DNA of 60,081 nt, filler included, from Dirinaria sp. TL-2023a (lineage: Eukaryota): the NCBI GenBank assembly GCA_051941275.1. It is 2 parts of 2 records of this genome, joined end to end, with 100 filler letters (N's around TTAATTAATTAA, not from the genome) between each part and the next. Parts side by side here need not be neighbours in the genome. Positions count along the whole stretch, not along the records: positions 30,092 to 60,081 come from JAVEBF010000108.1; 1 more part is not named here. The stretch is one strand, 5' to 3'. Position numbers and translations under genes: made by a program. The notes under the pieces were generated by a model. The model saw only the letters and a list, made by a program, of their open reading frames with translations. It was not told the DNA's origin and made no database searches. This document shows, one piece after another, positions 38,041-52,140 of this stretch (its first letter is position 1; each line of letters begins with the position of its first letter).

Positions 38041-38912
38041 GCATCGCAACCATGACTAGTCCGGCTGCGAGCACGTGGTCGGAAGTTTTTCGTGCAGTCG
38101 TCGAGACCATAGCCCTATGCGCACAGCCTCAATGCGATACCGGATACAGTTCGATGGTATGAGCACTGCTTGTTTCATCGAAAGACGATAAGCAATGTTG
38201 TCGATGACGAGGACTGTAGTGTAAAAACAGTAAAACACACAATAATCGCAGACTTCCAAACAGAGGTCTCGCTTACGTAATATACCACTTTGGCACGCTG
38301 TTTTGCCCTGATTGAGCCCTGAGCCTACTTGCTTCACTTCCCACCAGCTTTAGCTGAGTGAATCAGAATAATAATATTCCGTGGCTATTAAATCAGGTCT
38401 CGTCAAGTGCTCAGATTTAGAAACCAATTGCTCCAATGGGACAGAGCGCGAATTTCAAGCATGACGATTTAACGAACTGACGATGGACTGATCCGCGACC
38501 AAAATGTCATCATGAAATAGACGAATCGTGAATGGTTAGAGAGAACAGGAAAAGGAGTAGTGAGAAGCGTGGTGTCGCAGTAGAGTAGAATGGTATGGCC
38601 GCAGTAGGACCCTAAATGAAACGTCACAATACCTGCTTAATCGTGCGACTTGCGCAAGTGCTTTTCGACTTTTTCTGAAATGACTGAGACTTCTGAAAGC
38701 TATTTTCTGACCATGATGTTGTATTCGAGACATAATCTATCAAGATGCGGGATGAAAGGTGCAGATATTTCGTCAACGGTACACAAGCTCAACGAGCAAG
38801 ACTACAAACACTTTCATGGCGACGGCGGGACCGAACAAGAGCGTCAATGGAGTATGTTCCACCACCAATTCAGACTTCCGTACCCCAGACGCCATATATT
38901 ACCATCGTTCCC

Positions 38913-41900
38913 TCAACCGTAGGCCGCAAGCATTCTTTGCAGAGGCACGCTGCCTGTGATCTGAGCGACTTCTTCAACATAAGACCGATCAACTGAAAAA
39001 GGCTTTCCGATAACATTTGGAATAAATCTCCCGACCAACCGGTCAGGAGCAATATTTTCCTCAACAATACTCTCCTTCAGATACTCCCTGTACGTGTCGA
39101 TCCCACCCCTCAGATAGCTAGAGTGGAACGGAACATTGATACCATTGAGAGGAACAGTAGCCCTACCACGGTCCAACTCGATTGGCTGCGGTAAGATGCT
39201 CGAGGCGGGTACTTGGTGGAGCACAGTTTCACGGATATCGTCCACATTGCGGGCCTTGTATCGGGGATCGCAGGCAAGCTGATCGCACGTTTGACCAAGG
39301 ATCCAGAGCGCTTGGAGCTTCACGGTTGTTAGAGGGGTAGTTTCAATGGATGGGAGCCTGGTAGGGGACTTACGTGTCCAGCGCAAACGTATTGCTGTTG
39401 CTCGACATTGTAGTTGACTATCTCGAGCAAAAGCCCTGAATGGGATGCAATTTGCCGAACGAGAAGGTTCAGATTATCTTCGGTGAAATCTTCCATAATG
39501 GTCAGCATCCAATCTCGATGGAAACGTGCGGTTACTCACTTTTTCCCACCCTGGAAGGATTCACCGCGACCATGGAGAAGTCGGTATTGCCAGCCGCATC
39601 TCGTTCCATTGACTCTTGCATCATTAGACCTCGATAGAAAGTAAGGCTCAACAAGCTTTCCAAAGACATGAAGTCAGCGCAACCAGCCAGCGCGCTGTAC
39701 TCCCCAAGTGAGTGACCGGCAAACTGCAAATCCGCGGGCACCAGGCTCCGAGACTTCAGCGATGCCATCTCGGCTAAATTCATGAGCGAGATCGCTGGCT
39801 GAGCGAATTGGGTCGAAAAAAGGAGCCCGCGTGGGTCTTGGAAGGTATAAGACTCGGATTCGTATGTGAGCCCATCTATGATAGGGACTACTACTTCTTG
39901 GCCGTTTCGTAGGGCTTTTCGACCCATCGCAAGATAATTTGAACGAATCTTCCGACCCCTAGTTCCACCAAAGTAAATCGTCATCTTCTTTGGATCGTTA
40001 CGAACAAGCTCTAGCAGTGAGAATCCTGTTGATCATGTCAGTTGTGCTCCGGGGATATGGAAGATGAAGCGAACCATAGAGGTTAAACATATATTGATCA
40101 CCTCTGTCCCAAATTGTCTTTGCAGCGTCATCTGTATCGTATAGTGCCATGCCCATGCCTTTCTCCTGGCTACCTTGACCGCAGAACAGATATGCGGTAC
40201 GAGGCTGCTCAACTTCTGCCTCAGCATTCATGACTTTATCATTAGATGTATGATTGTAGACTTGGACATCGAGAACCATTCTACCATCGGTCATCGATCT
40301 GTGCTGGACTTCAATCCTCAGAACGTCGCCGGCGCTAACAAAATCCTCGAAGGAAGTATGCCAGCGACGGAATCGAGAACAGTCTGAACCTGCGACCTCT
40401 TGCTCGATAGCCCTCCGCACAATGGCCGACGTGTACATGCCGTGCGTGATTGGCCCAGGAAGCTGTGCGAATCCAGCGAGTACAGGGCACACATGGATTG
40501 GGTTTCTGTCGGTGGAGACATCGGAGTACTCTTTGCTCAGATTGGGCACTTGTATCAGCTGTGGTTTGCTTACAGTCCATCCAGCAGCTTCTACTGGTTG
40601 CAACAGACGCGCAGAGGAACCGTGACGATAAAGAAATTCCATAACAGGATTTCCGGCACAAGATCCTTGAGAAAAGCCCACGTTGCCAATGGTTACTGGT
40701 GACTGGCTGTTCGAAAGACAGCAAACTTCGCCAGTGACCAATAAGTCAAAGAGGCCGGACGTGGGTTTAAAAGTCGCATTTGAGCGAATCTTGAACAGTA
40801 AAGTCTTTCCAACCAAATCCATGTTAGGATCATCTATTTTGAGCCACTTGCGGCTCATAAGTAGCGATTGGATCTTGCGCGACTGCACTGTAAGTCTCAT
40901 CTCTGGCTCTTCGGTAGATCGAAAGGACTTCCCATCCTCGGAGAACTGTCCTTGGATAAAGAACGCCGAGTTGACTCTCATGACGGGTTCTCCACGCCTT
41001 TCAACAACTGCAGCAACCTCAAGTAGCTTCCCCTGCGGTTGTATTGTCACTGCATTGATACGAGAAGATGTCTCGAGCAAGTCACCGATCTTCAAGGGTT
41101 CAGCTCCCGCGCACAATTCGAACGAATTTGACCGGTGTAGAAGTCGAAACAAGTCACCGCCAACTTCGTGCACCAACAATGGCTTTGTCAAGGCTGTCCA
41201 AGCAGCAACAATTCCAAGATCTAGCGGGACCCAAGATCCAGGACGTCGCGAAGCAGAGTAGTCTCCTTGTGCTCTCGAGATTACGGAAATAAAGCTTTCG
41301 ACCTTTTTGCGAGACAGAGTCACTGTTTCCCCCGAAAACTTTGACCCAGTTGTAGCATTGATAAAACTCGCATGATCTATTGACCAACGCGACGCATAGA
41401 ATGCCCGGATCCTTCCTTGGCGGTCCTCAGTGACATCTTCCAACCCACTGTGCGGGCCTTGACGGGCAAATACGAATTCGAATTCGATCTTGTGTGGTTG
41501 GAGTCCACGCAATGAAGGAGCACGAAGAGTAATATCAATACGCTCGCTGTCTGTGGAGGAAATCTCGAGCGCATCATAAAACTCGTTATTTCCGGAGCCT
41601 TTGCGGGACAGAATCAAAGAATCTATGTTCTGCTTCCCGGAGTGGTATGTAAGTGTAAGAACTTCTTCTTTCTCAGGGACAAATGCGCTGCGAATAGGAT
41701 TCGAGAAACGTTGGCCCCGTCGAGTAATATACTTGTCCGTCAAACAGGCTACGATCCAAGAGTTGTTGCCCGCAAGAAGATGCCGTAAAAGTAACGCCCT
41801 TTGAGCTTCCGAAGGTGAAGATTTTAAGCGATACACAGACTGCACTGGATGAATTATAGTCACGATCTCGAGAAAAGCAAGATCAGTAGATAGAGGTTCT

Positions 41901-44900
41901 TCGCATGGATGGCGAGGTAATGCGGCCTCAGTCGTTGTGTTCGCGGCCTCAGATGATAGTAGCGAATCTGTCATATCATCGGAGATTCTGTTCAGTATTT
42001 CTGCCACTGATTCATCGGTTGAATTTGAGTGTCTTGCAGCAACTGGGCCGTGAATAATGCATACTCGTTCGGGGTCTTGATCGACGACTGCATCCAAGTC
42101 TTCCATTTGCCACAACGAGTCTTTTTTGAACCAGGTTTCAAAGTTTTCGTCCAGTCTCGGTATGAAGTTTACAGGTTTCTGGCCTCGTCGCTTACATAAG
42201 CCGATGAAAAAAGAAACGTCTTCGGGATTCAGGAGTTCTGTCTCTGCCTCTGGGTAGCTCTGCACGAAGTCGGCTAAGAGACGCTCCGGCTCAAATAGCT
42301 TATTCAGTTTGAAGTTCTTTATAGGAGAAAGCCTTTCTTGGACTCGAGAAATAAAGTCGTAGAATAGCGATTGATAAGATGTATGTACCCATCGCGTCTG
42401 ATTTTTCACATACATTAGGGTAATTAGTCTGTTCATGCATTCGAAGTAAGTCATATCCTCAATGTCAACAATATTACCCCTGAAGTCAACAGCGAACCAG
42501 GGTTTAGCGTAATCGCTGTTGAGTCGGGCGATGATAAGTTCTCGGCGATCGCGTAAGGTTGCAAGCCGCTTGACAGGGTCTTTAATGCTGAAGACTGTTC
42601 GGTCAAGCTCACTCCACAGCATGACAGCACGGTTGGCTATTTTATGGATGGGTTCGCCCATTTCCGACCGAACCGTCAGAACGCCACCTGCAGGACCAGT
42701 GTAAGTTTTATACCAGTCTGATTCGGAAGTACCAGGGGTTTGAGCTATTAGCTCCTTGACTTTGAGCGATGTATGCGCTTCTTTGGCGACCATCATTCGA
42801 CTACCCATCAGCAATCCATCGAATGGCATACGAGAGTACCCAAGCTGCTCCGACCAAGTTCCAGTCAAGTAGGGCAGCATTCCTTGAGCGTCCCCAAAAC
42901 CACTACCTGTTGTAAGGATGATGTTTCCCGCCCTTCGAATGAGCCCATAGGTCTTCAATATTGGTGCATGGAAATCTTCGTAGGAATGATGGCCACCTGC
43001 TCGGCCTCCAGTCCATTGTAATCCGATGGGGAACGATGGGTTCGACTCTGCGATATCGATCACCTGCTCAATCGCTGCAATAGATCCAGGCTTGAATGAA
43101 ATGTGCTTTAATCCAAGAGTTTCAATGTATTCCTTTGCGACCTCTACAGAAGGCACTCCAGCACCGATAGTCAGCCCTTCGATCTGTAAACCTTCGGACA
43201 CCAAGCGACGAATGAGTGGGATTTGCCATGACATTGCCCTGGGGTTGACGTAGATCAAATTGCATGTAATACCTCGATGAGGTGGCACAGACCCGGCGAG
43301 CTTTCTGATGGCTTCTTCAAACTGATTCGCGTTTGAGTAGCCACCACCGGCAAGCTCGACATGGTATCCCGCATTCATAATGCTCGAGACAAAGTCCCAT
43401 GGCACAGTCGTCGGAGTCATACCAGCGACCATAATGGGCGGCGTTCCAAACAAACGGCTCATTCGTGTACTAATCATATATTTTCCAGCTGCGTCTCGGA
43501 GCAAATTTGGCCCGTAGAGGTCGGACCAACTCTTAGGTACCAATGGCTGTTCCTGGCTAAGAAGCTCGTGTTTGCCTCCAGAGGCGTCGCTCATATCGGA
43601 GGCGAAGATGATACGAGTTCTCGACCCATGAATCTGATCATGTAAAAGATTGCTGGTACGGCTCGGCCCAAAGTCTAGAATGTGGGTCGTGCGTTGTGTC
43701 AAGCACGCTTTATGCCAGTCGAGGGCACTACACGTGACCATCTCTATCAATACTGCTGGGAGCTCCTGATTGGAAAGGTCACGGATGTCTTCACCTGTAC
43801 GTGTGTGATAGACAGGTAAAGCCAAGCTAAGGCTGGCCCAGAAGGTCAGATCGATTTGTCTAAGGATCTTTTGAGCAGCGTTGCTGAGATGGGGTGAATG
43901 AAAAGCAGCGGAGATAGGCAGAAATTGATAGTCAATGATAGGGCGTCGGTGAGGAAAGGGAACTCTAGCTTGATCAAGGCTAGCTGGGGCTCTGGTTTCT
44001 TCCAATAGAGACGCGATACCATGCAACATTTTTGTCGGACCGGCGACCACCATCTTGTCTTTGGAATTTATAAGCGCTAAGTGCACCTTCTCATCTTCAA
44101 CCAAATGTGAATTGGCATCTTTGAGAATATGAGCAAGCTCTTTCTGTTTTAAGCCTTGAACGCTGAGCATCGAGGATACGAAGCCTTCTTCAGAGGCGGC
44201 CAGTTGCGGAGAGGCCGCTGCCCAAAAGGATGAAGGTGTTCCTTGATGGCTCTCCAAGCCGATCCAAAAAAGTAGCGAGATCGCTTGATCTGTCGCATGA
44301 CTAAAGTCTTCCCAGCTATCGCAACCAGCTATGGCGGCTGCAATGACAACGCCCTGCGAATGCCCTGTTGCACCGGCTAAATAGCTTCTCATTTGTCCAG
44401 GATCGAGTTCCAAGATACGGCAAGTCACGCAGTAATGCGCAAGGCTAATCAGTCCATTGATTGGAAAGCTAAACGGCGCGGTGGCAATTTGTGCTCTGTC
44501 TGGCGCTGATTCCGGAGCATCAAGCCAATTCAGAAGGTCAAAGCCAGCATCTAGGGGATAATTTGCAGAGTCCGAGTTATCTGCAAGTCTTTCTAAAGTG
44601 GACGCGGCAAGCTTCATGAAGTCCTCAAGGTAGATTTTGTAGGTCATGTACACATTACGAAGTTCATCGAGGCAGTCGACATTGTGAGAACCTTGCCCAC
44701 CAAAGATTGCCAGCAATGAAACTTCCCCGCTCACGGTAGTTTTCAAAAGGCCAGATTTGCACTCGTGGCTAAGTTGACCTTGAAGTCGTGAATGTGCTTG
44801 GATGAGGCGAGCGCGAGCAGAGTCCTCTAATATCGGTTTCAGACTATGGATGTCTCTTCCTGAGAGCAGATCCTGGTCAAACGCGTACGAAACTTTTGAA

Positions 44901-45148
44901 AGTACTCGTCGAGATGCTTGCACGTTATGGAGGTAGCTCAAGAAAGCGGCGGCTTGATCCAGAGGTATTGAGGCTTCTCTTTCCCGGCCAGCAAACATGG
45001 TCGCATCATCAATCGGTAGGGTTGCCTTGAACGCCAATAAGTATGGAAGAACAATGTCTACAGCTTCTCCTAGACACTCTAAGCTCCACCGCGGAGACAT
45101 GTCTTCTGACGATGGTGAAAGAAGGAAATTTTGAGATTGTTCATCCAT
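38913..45148 (-). CDS. hexB: Secondary-metabolism fatty acid synthase beta subunit (HexB/AflB/StcK-like), 2 introns
   Basis: AT GHSQG, ER PIMVAGMTPTT and GGRAGGHHS, DH DRNPIH..HGMY, MPT GQGSQ and GHSLGEY, VPFHS. Confidence 0.9.
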
Positions 45149-45690
45149 ATCTGTGGAGCCTTGAGGAGGTGGGTGACACTTTGGGAGGTTCAGAAATTAA
45201 AGATGGATGAATCATGAGGAAAGCAATTGTTCCTCAATCCGCAGCGTGCCTCAGCAGTAGGAGAACATGAATGTCCGCTAGACAAAGTCGGTAGAAGTCG
45301 GGAAATCTATGGGAGAGACAAAAGGGTAGCAATGAGGGGGAAAAGGCTTTGATACGCTCAACCAATGCCTGACGATAAACAATGAGATGATGGGACAAGT
45401 TGATTGCTAGCCATATCTGATCTCGGACGTCGGACCTCTCTATCTCTAAGGCTGAGTCAGGTGGTCCAAAATTCGGCAATGGAGATTTCACGGGCCTGTG
45501 ATTTACAGAGGCTAAGAGTATCATGGTATTGTCCGATAAGTGCACTTCAGTATCATAGACACGGAATTTGAGGATGACGAGAGAGGAGGTAATGTATCGT
45601 AACGTCAGTTTTAGGTCGGTATTTTTGCCCTTTCGCCGACATGCATCCGAGGGATCTAAGCTCAATGAGCAAATTAAATGGCTTTTTTGG

Positions 45691-45910
45691 CCGGACTCCG
45701 ACGGTATATTGGTAGATGACTTGTAATTTAATAGCTCTAAAAAGCGGTATCGAGACGCAGCTTATGTGTCTAACTATTTCGGGAAAAGCAGCAACACGAC
45801 CGCGTTCCCAGCATGATTCCAATGATATGATTATTGTTTCAAGTGAATTCTACCTAGAAATGCGTTGCAAGGCTCAGCCGCAACATGAGCCGGTCGTCAT
45901 CGGAAAGCGA
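45691..45910. promoter_or_regulatory. Two AflR-type sites in the bidirectional FAS promoter
   Basis: CCGGACTCCGA at 45691-45701 (reverse complement TCGGAGTCCGG) and TCGGAAAGCGA at 45900-45910; both fit TCGSWNNSCGR. Confidence 0.7.
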
Positions 45911-46270
45911 TACGTGCGCCACAGTTGTTGGTATGACGAGATGGCCGTCAACCTCACTAGTAAGCCTGGTTGGCGGCGGGTCAACTGGGATCATCGTATT
46001 CCACATACCGTAGAGATGGTAGCTTTTCAGCTGTCTGATGAAGAGATGTCTCTTTTCACATCCTAGTCTTTTGGACCAATTTCAATCTCTCTATCCAAAA
46101 GAAAATTTCCGCTGCTTTGCCAATCTCTCATACGTTCTTATTGGTAGCACCGCAATGTTCAAAGCAAATCCTGACATTGAAGGCTCAAGGTGAGCCATGC
46201 GCTGAGGAATAGATAGTTGTTTTTTTTTTACTCTTCTCTACTTCACATATTGTCACAGGATCCCAGCACC

Positions 46271-49200
46271 ATGTCGCCCAAAGATGAAGCTCAACGCAGG
46301 CACATTGCTCATAATCTACTTGTCGAGTTGTTAGCGTAAGTCTACTCGTTCCTGTCGACTTGTTTGCAGGTTTCGCCTATGTCCGAGGACTACAATTTGA
46401 CTTCTAGTAGACATCAATTTGCGTTTCCCGTACGATGGTAAGTAGAGTGGGATTTCTTGCTCCTTCGCAGGCTCTAACGACGCCCACAGGATAGATACGC
46501 AGAATGTTCTTTTTTCAAGGGACAAGGCCATCTCACGTTTCGTGGAATTAGGGCCCTCGAATATTCTCGCCAATATGGCGAAAAGGACTCGAGACTCCAA
46601 GTATCTCGTACAGGATAGACTTCTATGCTCAGAACGCTCTTTTCTTGCCAGTACTCGTGATACCAAGCAGATCCGCTATCACTATGACACCGAGAACTCC
46701 GAAGAGCCTGTTGATGAGTCCAATCATGTTCCCGCACCCATCGCCACCCCTCCACCTATGCAGCAAGTTGAGGAGAAGCCATTGCCGAGTAGTCCTCAAG
46801 CAACCGCTATCGCAGCATCGAGTGTTGCAGATGTGCCCACGTCAGCATTGGAGATCATTCGTGCCCTAGTCGCTTACAAGCTCCGAAAACCTATGGAACA
46901 GGTTTCGCCCAAGAAAAGTATCAAAGATTTATCAGCTGGTAGGTTCAATACTGAACCCTGGAGATATTATATGTCAGTCACTCATGAAGCGGCTGCAGGG
47001 AAGTCCACACTGCAGAACGAACTCGTCGGCGACATCGGGAACGAATTCGGCTCTGGTCCGGATGGAACAGAGGACTTGCCCCTTGCGACTCTCGCAGATA
47101 ACCTTGAGCCAAAGAATTCGGGACAGATGGGTAAAACCTCATCAGAACTCATTGCCAGATTCATCTCGTCCACCATGCCAGCCAGATTTAATCTTAATTC
47201 TATCCGCGAACACCTCAAGCAGAGCTGGGGTTTGGGACCATCCCGGCAAGCCTCCGTGATGCTAATCTCGATGACAATGAGCGCAGCAGAATCTTTAGGC
47301 CGTCTACCGTCAGTGGCAGCAGCCAAAGAACTGCTGGACAAGGCGGCGAAAATATATGCAGACTCTTGCGGGCTCGTCTTGCAGCAACAGTCATCAGCGG
47401 CTACCCAGCAACGAGCAGGTCCAGCTATCGATTCCTCTGTACTAGAGAAGTTCTCCCAAGAGCAACGGCTTCTGGCGAACATACAGTATAAAGCTTTAAC
47501 AAACTACCTCGGCGTTGACAATCCAGGTCATGTAAAGCTTCTAGAACTTGAAAAGTTGCAACAAGACTATGAGGAAAGGCTTGATCTCTGGTCTTCGGAG
47601 TTTGGGCCGGACTTTGAAGCCGGCATTAAGCCTTTCTTCAACCCGAAGCACCAAAGACACTTCAACTTCTGGTGGAATCAGGCTCGACAGGAAATCTACA
47701 GAATATATAATGACGTTGCTTGTCAAGAGGACGTTTCCCGAGAAAGTTCCCATTCGAATCTCAGTCTCGAGAAAGTGGCGAATAAATCCAGCACTCAGAC
47801 ACTCACCCTTGCCCGGAAATTGAACGCTCAATCAATGGTGTCCAATCATTCCCGAAGGCAAGAAGCGGTCGACGTCGATAAAATAGCTGAATTATCTATC
47901 AGCTTGCTGCAACCGCCAAAAGCTACGTTCCATCTTCCAATGACTAAGCCACGCACCGTGGTTACGCACAATGGCTCCATTAAGTGCATTGAAGAGCCTC
48001 GATTCAGCGAAGAGAGTCAAAGACACTATGGTACCCTTCTGAAGCACGGAATGAAGGAGATGGGCAGTGCTCGCCCAGGTTTTGCAGGCTTGATGGTACA
48101 CAAGAACGGTCGTTGGGGAATCGATGCAGGATTGACAACTGAGCTGTTCGACAGTATCTCAAAGGCGCTTGACAATGGTCTGACTTTTAGCAACAAGGTC
48201 TTCCTAGTCACTGGAGCAGGCAACGGCTCGATCGGAGCCGAGCTAGTGAAGAAATTGCTAATGGGAGGGGCGACTGTCGTAGTCACCACGAGTCGAGAAA
48301 TCTCGGATGCACAAGCCTTTTTCCGCAGCATTTATACTGAACACGGTGCTCGTGGGTCCGAGCTCTTCGTCTTACCATTCAACCAAGGGAGTGTGAAAGA
48401 CTGTAAAAGTCTCATTGAATACATCTACAATGACTCAGGCCTGGGCTTGAACATTGACGTCATTATCCCTTTTGCTGCCATTCCAGAGGTAGGATTGGAA
48501 ATCGATAGAATAGAGTCCAAATCTGAGCTGGCTCATCGCTTGATGCTAGTGAATTTTCTCCGGCTAATAGGCTGCATAATCCAGCAAAAAAGCGAAGCGA
48601 ACATACACTGCAGGCCAACCCAAGTCCTCTTGCCGCTCTCTCCGAATCATGGAATTCTAGGTGGCGATGGTCTTTATGGAGAGTCGAAGATCGGGTTGGA
48701 GAGTCTCCTCAATCGTTTTTCCTCTGAGTCTTGGGGAGACAAAGTTTCAATCTGCGGCGTCATCATTGGGTGGACTCGAGGTACAGGACTGATGGAGTCA
48801 AATGATATTTTAGCGGAGAAAATAGAATCTCACGGAGTCTTGACATTCTCGCAGGAGGAAATGGCATTGAATATACTGACACTGCTAGCCCCCAGTGTTG
48901 CAAGGTTGTGCGAAGATGAGCCTATCATCGCAGATTTCGGTGGCGGTTTTCAAGGACTCGAAGGCATGAAGCAAATTATGACCGAAGGTCGTTCGGAAAT
49001 TCGACAAGAAGCTGAATTCAAGAGAGCTATCATGGAAGAAGATAATTTAGAGCGCTCCACTATCAGTGGTAGCACTCAGGAGACTCAAACCGATGGGTCA
49101 GTGGCAACTACACAACTTCGAAGCACTCACAAAATCGAGTTCCCGCCACTGCCGCGCTACGGCGATGACCTTGAAAATCTAAAAGCGTTACAAGGAATGG

Positions 49201-52140
49201 TGGATCTAAGTAGTACCGTCGTTATCGTCGGCTTCTCTGAGCTTGGCCCGTGGGGAAACGCCAGGACCAGGTGGCAGATGGAAAGCCAACGGAAGTTTTC
49301 GCAGGCTGGATATATTGAGATGGCCTGGATGACAGGCCTGATCAAGCACTTCGACGGAGAACAAGCCGGGGATCACTACGTTGGTTGGCTTGACGCCAAA
49401 AGCGGGGAACCTGTCCAAGACAATCAGATTCCCAACAGATATGGCGAGTATATACTGAAACATGCAGGCGTCAGACTCATTGAGCCCCAATTACTAGGAG
49501 GATACGATCCCCATAAGAAGGAATACTTGCAGGAGGTTGCAGTCGAGGAGGATTTACCCGAATTTGATGCAACTCTTGCAACAGCCGAAGCTTTCAAGCT
49601 CAAGCATGGCGACCAAGTTGTTGTTCAACCCACGGATGATTCTAACTCGTTCCGAGTTCAGGTGAAGGCTGGTGCTCGCATCATGGTGCCCAAAGCGATA
49701 CCGTTGCCTTCGAGTGTTGTTGCTGGTTTGGTACCAAGCGGATGGAGTCCTGCGAATTACGGTATCCCAGACGACATCGTCAGTCAAGTCGATACATCTA
49801 CCCTGTATACGCTCTGTTGTGTGTCGGAAGCATTCCTTAGCGCCGGAATTGAGAATCCAATGGAAATATTCAAGTACTTCCATGTTTCCGAGATCGGAAA
49901 CTTCCTCGGCTCTTCGCTAGGTGGCACGGAAAAGAACAGACAAATGTTCAGAGATGTGTATCTCGACAGGCAGGTCCAGGGGGATGTCCTGCAGGAGACC
50001 AACATGAATACCCCAGCAGCTTGGTATGTAGTCTCAGAACAATGCTGTCCAGTCTTATTGTCAAATGCTGACGCAAAAACTTTGTTAGGGTAAATATGCT
50101 TCTACTCGGCAGCAGTGGTCCAATTAAGACTCCTGTTGGAGCTTGCGCGACCAGTTTGGAGTCATTAGACATTGGCGTAGACTCTATTACGTCTGGTAAG
50201 ACGAAAATGTGTCTCGTTGGCGGGTTCGATAACTTCCACGAGGACGAGTCTTATGCTTTCTCGGCTATGAAAGCCACAGTTGATACAGCCAAAGAGTTTG
50301 CGCACGGCAGAAAGCCGGCAGAGATGTCTCGGCCGACAGCCGAGAGCCGAGCAGGTTTCGTAGAGTCACAAGGTTGCGGTGTCCAGCTGGTCTGTAGTGC
50401 TGAGATTGCCCTGAAAATGGGGCTGCCTGTCTATGGTATTGTGGGGGGTTCAACAATGGCATCTGACAAAATAAGTCGATCCGTCCCAGCACCTGGCAAA
50501 GGTATCCTCACTTTTGCTCGAGAGTCGCCAGAAGCCATCGATTCGCCCCTGCTCAGTGTCGAATACCGTCGAGAGCAGATGAAGGCATCTATCTCTCGTA
50601 TTATTGCCGCAAGCGAAGGTCGTGACAGCGGGGCATATAGCTCTGGAACGCTGACACCAGCTACTTCCGCCTCGGATAGCTCAAGCTCGGATTCTTCTGA
50701 GCCTGTACTAATTAAGAAGCCATCGTCGGAGACCATCATGTTGGCTGGTACCCAAGAGCCTTTCAACGAAACAACGTTAAATGCCAGAATTAACGCAGCT
50801 CGAAGGCAGTGGGGCAATCAGTTCCGAACCCAAAACCCTTCAATCTCTCCCATGCGAGCGGCACTAGCTGTGTGGGGATTGACGATCGACGATATTGATA
50901 TTGCTTCGTTGCATGGAACGTCCACGAAGGCGAATGACCTGAACGAACCTGGAGTTATCAATCAACAAATGAATCACCTAGGACGCAAAGGTATTCCCTT
51001 GTTAGCAATATGTCAGAAGTCTGTCACCGGCCACCCCAAAGCACCAGCAGCAGCTTGGATGCTGAACGGCTGTCTCCAAGTCTTGAATACAGGTCTAGTT
51101 CCAGGGAATTATAACTGCGACAACATCGATCCTGCGCTCGAAAAGATTGAGAATCTCATTTTCCCCACGGAGCCCATTCAAATGAAGGAGGTGAAGGCAT
51201 TCCTTCTATCCTCGTTCGGGTTTGGGCAGAAGGGCGCCCAGATGGTTGGTATCGCGCCGAAATACCTATTTGCAACGTTAGACAGAAGCTCCTATGAGAA
51301 CTACGCAGAAAGGTGTTCCCAGAGAAAATGCTTGGCCAATCGCGCTTTCACCAGGGCTTTAATGACGAATTCGATCTTCAAAGCTCAAGCACACCCACCT
51401 TACGAAGCAAAAGATGAGTCGAAAGTCCTCCTCGACCCAATGGCTCGGGCTTCAACTGATCAGAACGATCACGGTGTTCACAACGTCCATTTTGACCATG
51501 ATAATCTTAGCGGTGACGTTGAAGAAGAGCCGTCTAAATGGCAATCTGTTAGCGTTACCCCATTCAACGAGCCTGCCGATATGAAAGCAAGTCCGGAAAT
51601 CTCCCCTCAGAAACCTGATCCGGACCTCGACTCCACAGCAACACTCGCCCAAACATCTTTAACCTATCTCCTCAACTCCATGCCAGCAAATACATTGGTC
51701 GGATCCATCGGCATCGACCTCGAGTCCCTCGATACCTTCACCTCTGATTCCAACACAATATTCTTGAGTCGCAACTACACTGACGCTGAGCTGGACTTCG
51801 CTACACGTTCGAAAGATCCTCACGCGACATTCGTGAGCCGGTGGTGTGCCAAAGAGGCTGTTTTCAAGAGCCTAGGTGTCAAGTCCAAAGGACCAGGGGC
51901 ACCTCTCCGGGAGATTGAAATATGGAGTGATGGGAATGAAGCACCACGAGTAAAGGTGGGTTTTACGTCCCATCCAGTCCTGTCCCGTCCCATTTTATTC
52001 CATCAGAGTGGCTAACACAATCACAGCTGAGTGGCGCGGCATTGCAAGCGGCTCAAGAGGCCGGGATTCAGGATGTGAAGCTTAGCCTTTCGTATGGGGA
52101 CCATAGCGTGGTGGCTGTTGCCGTTTCGGTACGCGGATGA
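46271..52140 (+). CDS. hexA: Secondary-metabolism fatty acid synthase alpha subunit (HexA/AflA/StcJ-like), about 5 introns
   Basis: LLVELLA|..QFAFPVRW; ACP GKSTLQNE; KR TGAGNGSIG and YGESK; KS GACAT, HGTST, GHPK; C-terminal PPTase GIDLE..RWCAKEAVFKSLG. Confidence 0.9.

Noticed and set aside
38178..38188. Extra TCG(N5)CGR matches (38178; also 56218 and 45423)
   Set aside because: They fit only the loose pattern, not TCGSWNNSCGR, so they were not counted as evidence
37414..38912. Hidden hypC or nor-1 gene or relic between PKS and FAS beta
   Set aside because: The short ORFs here show no anthrone-oxidase or SDR motifs that I can recognise
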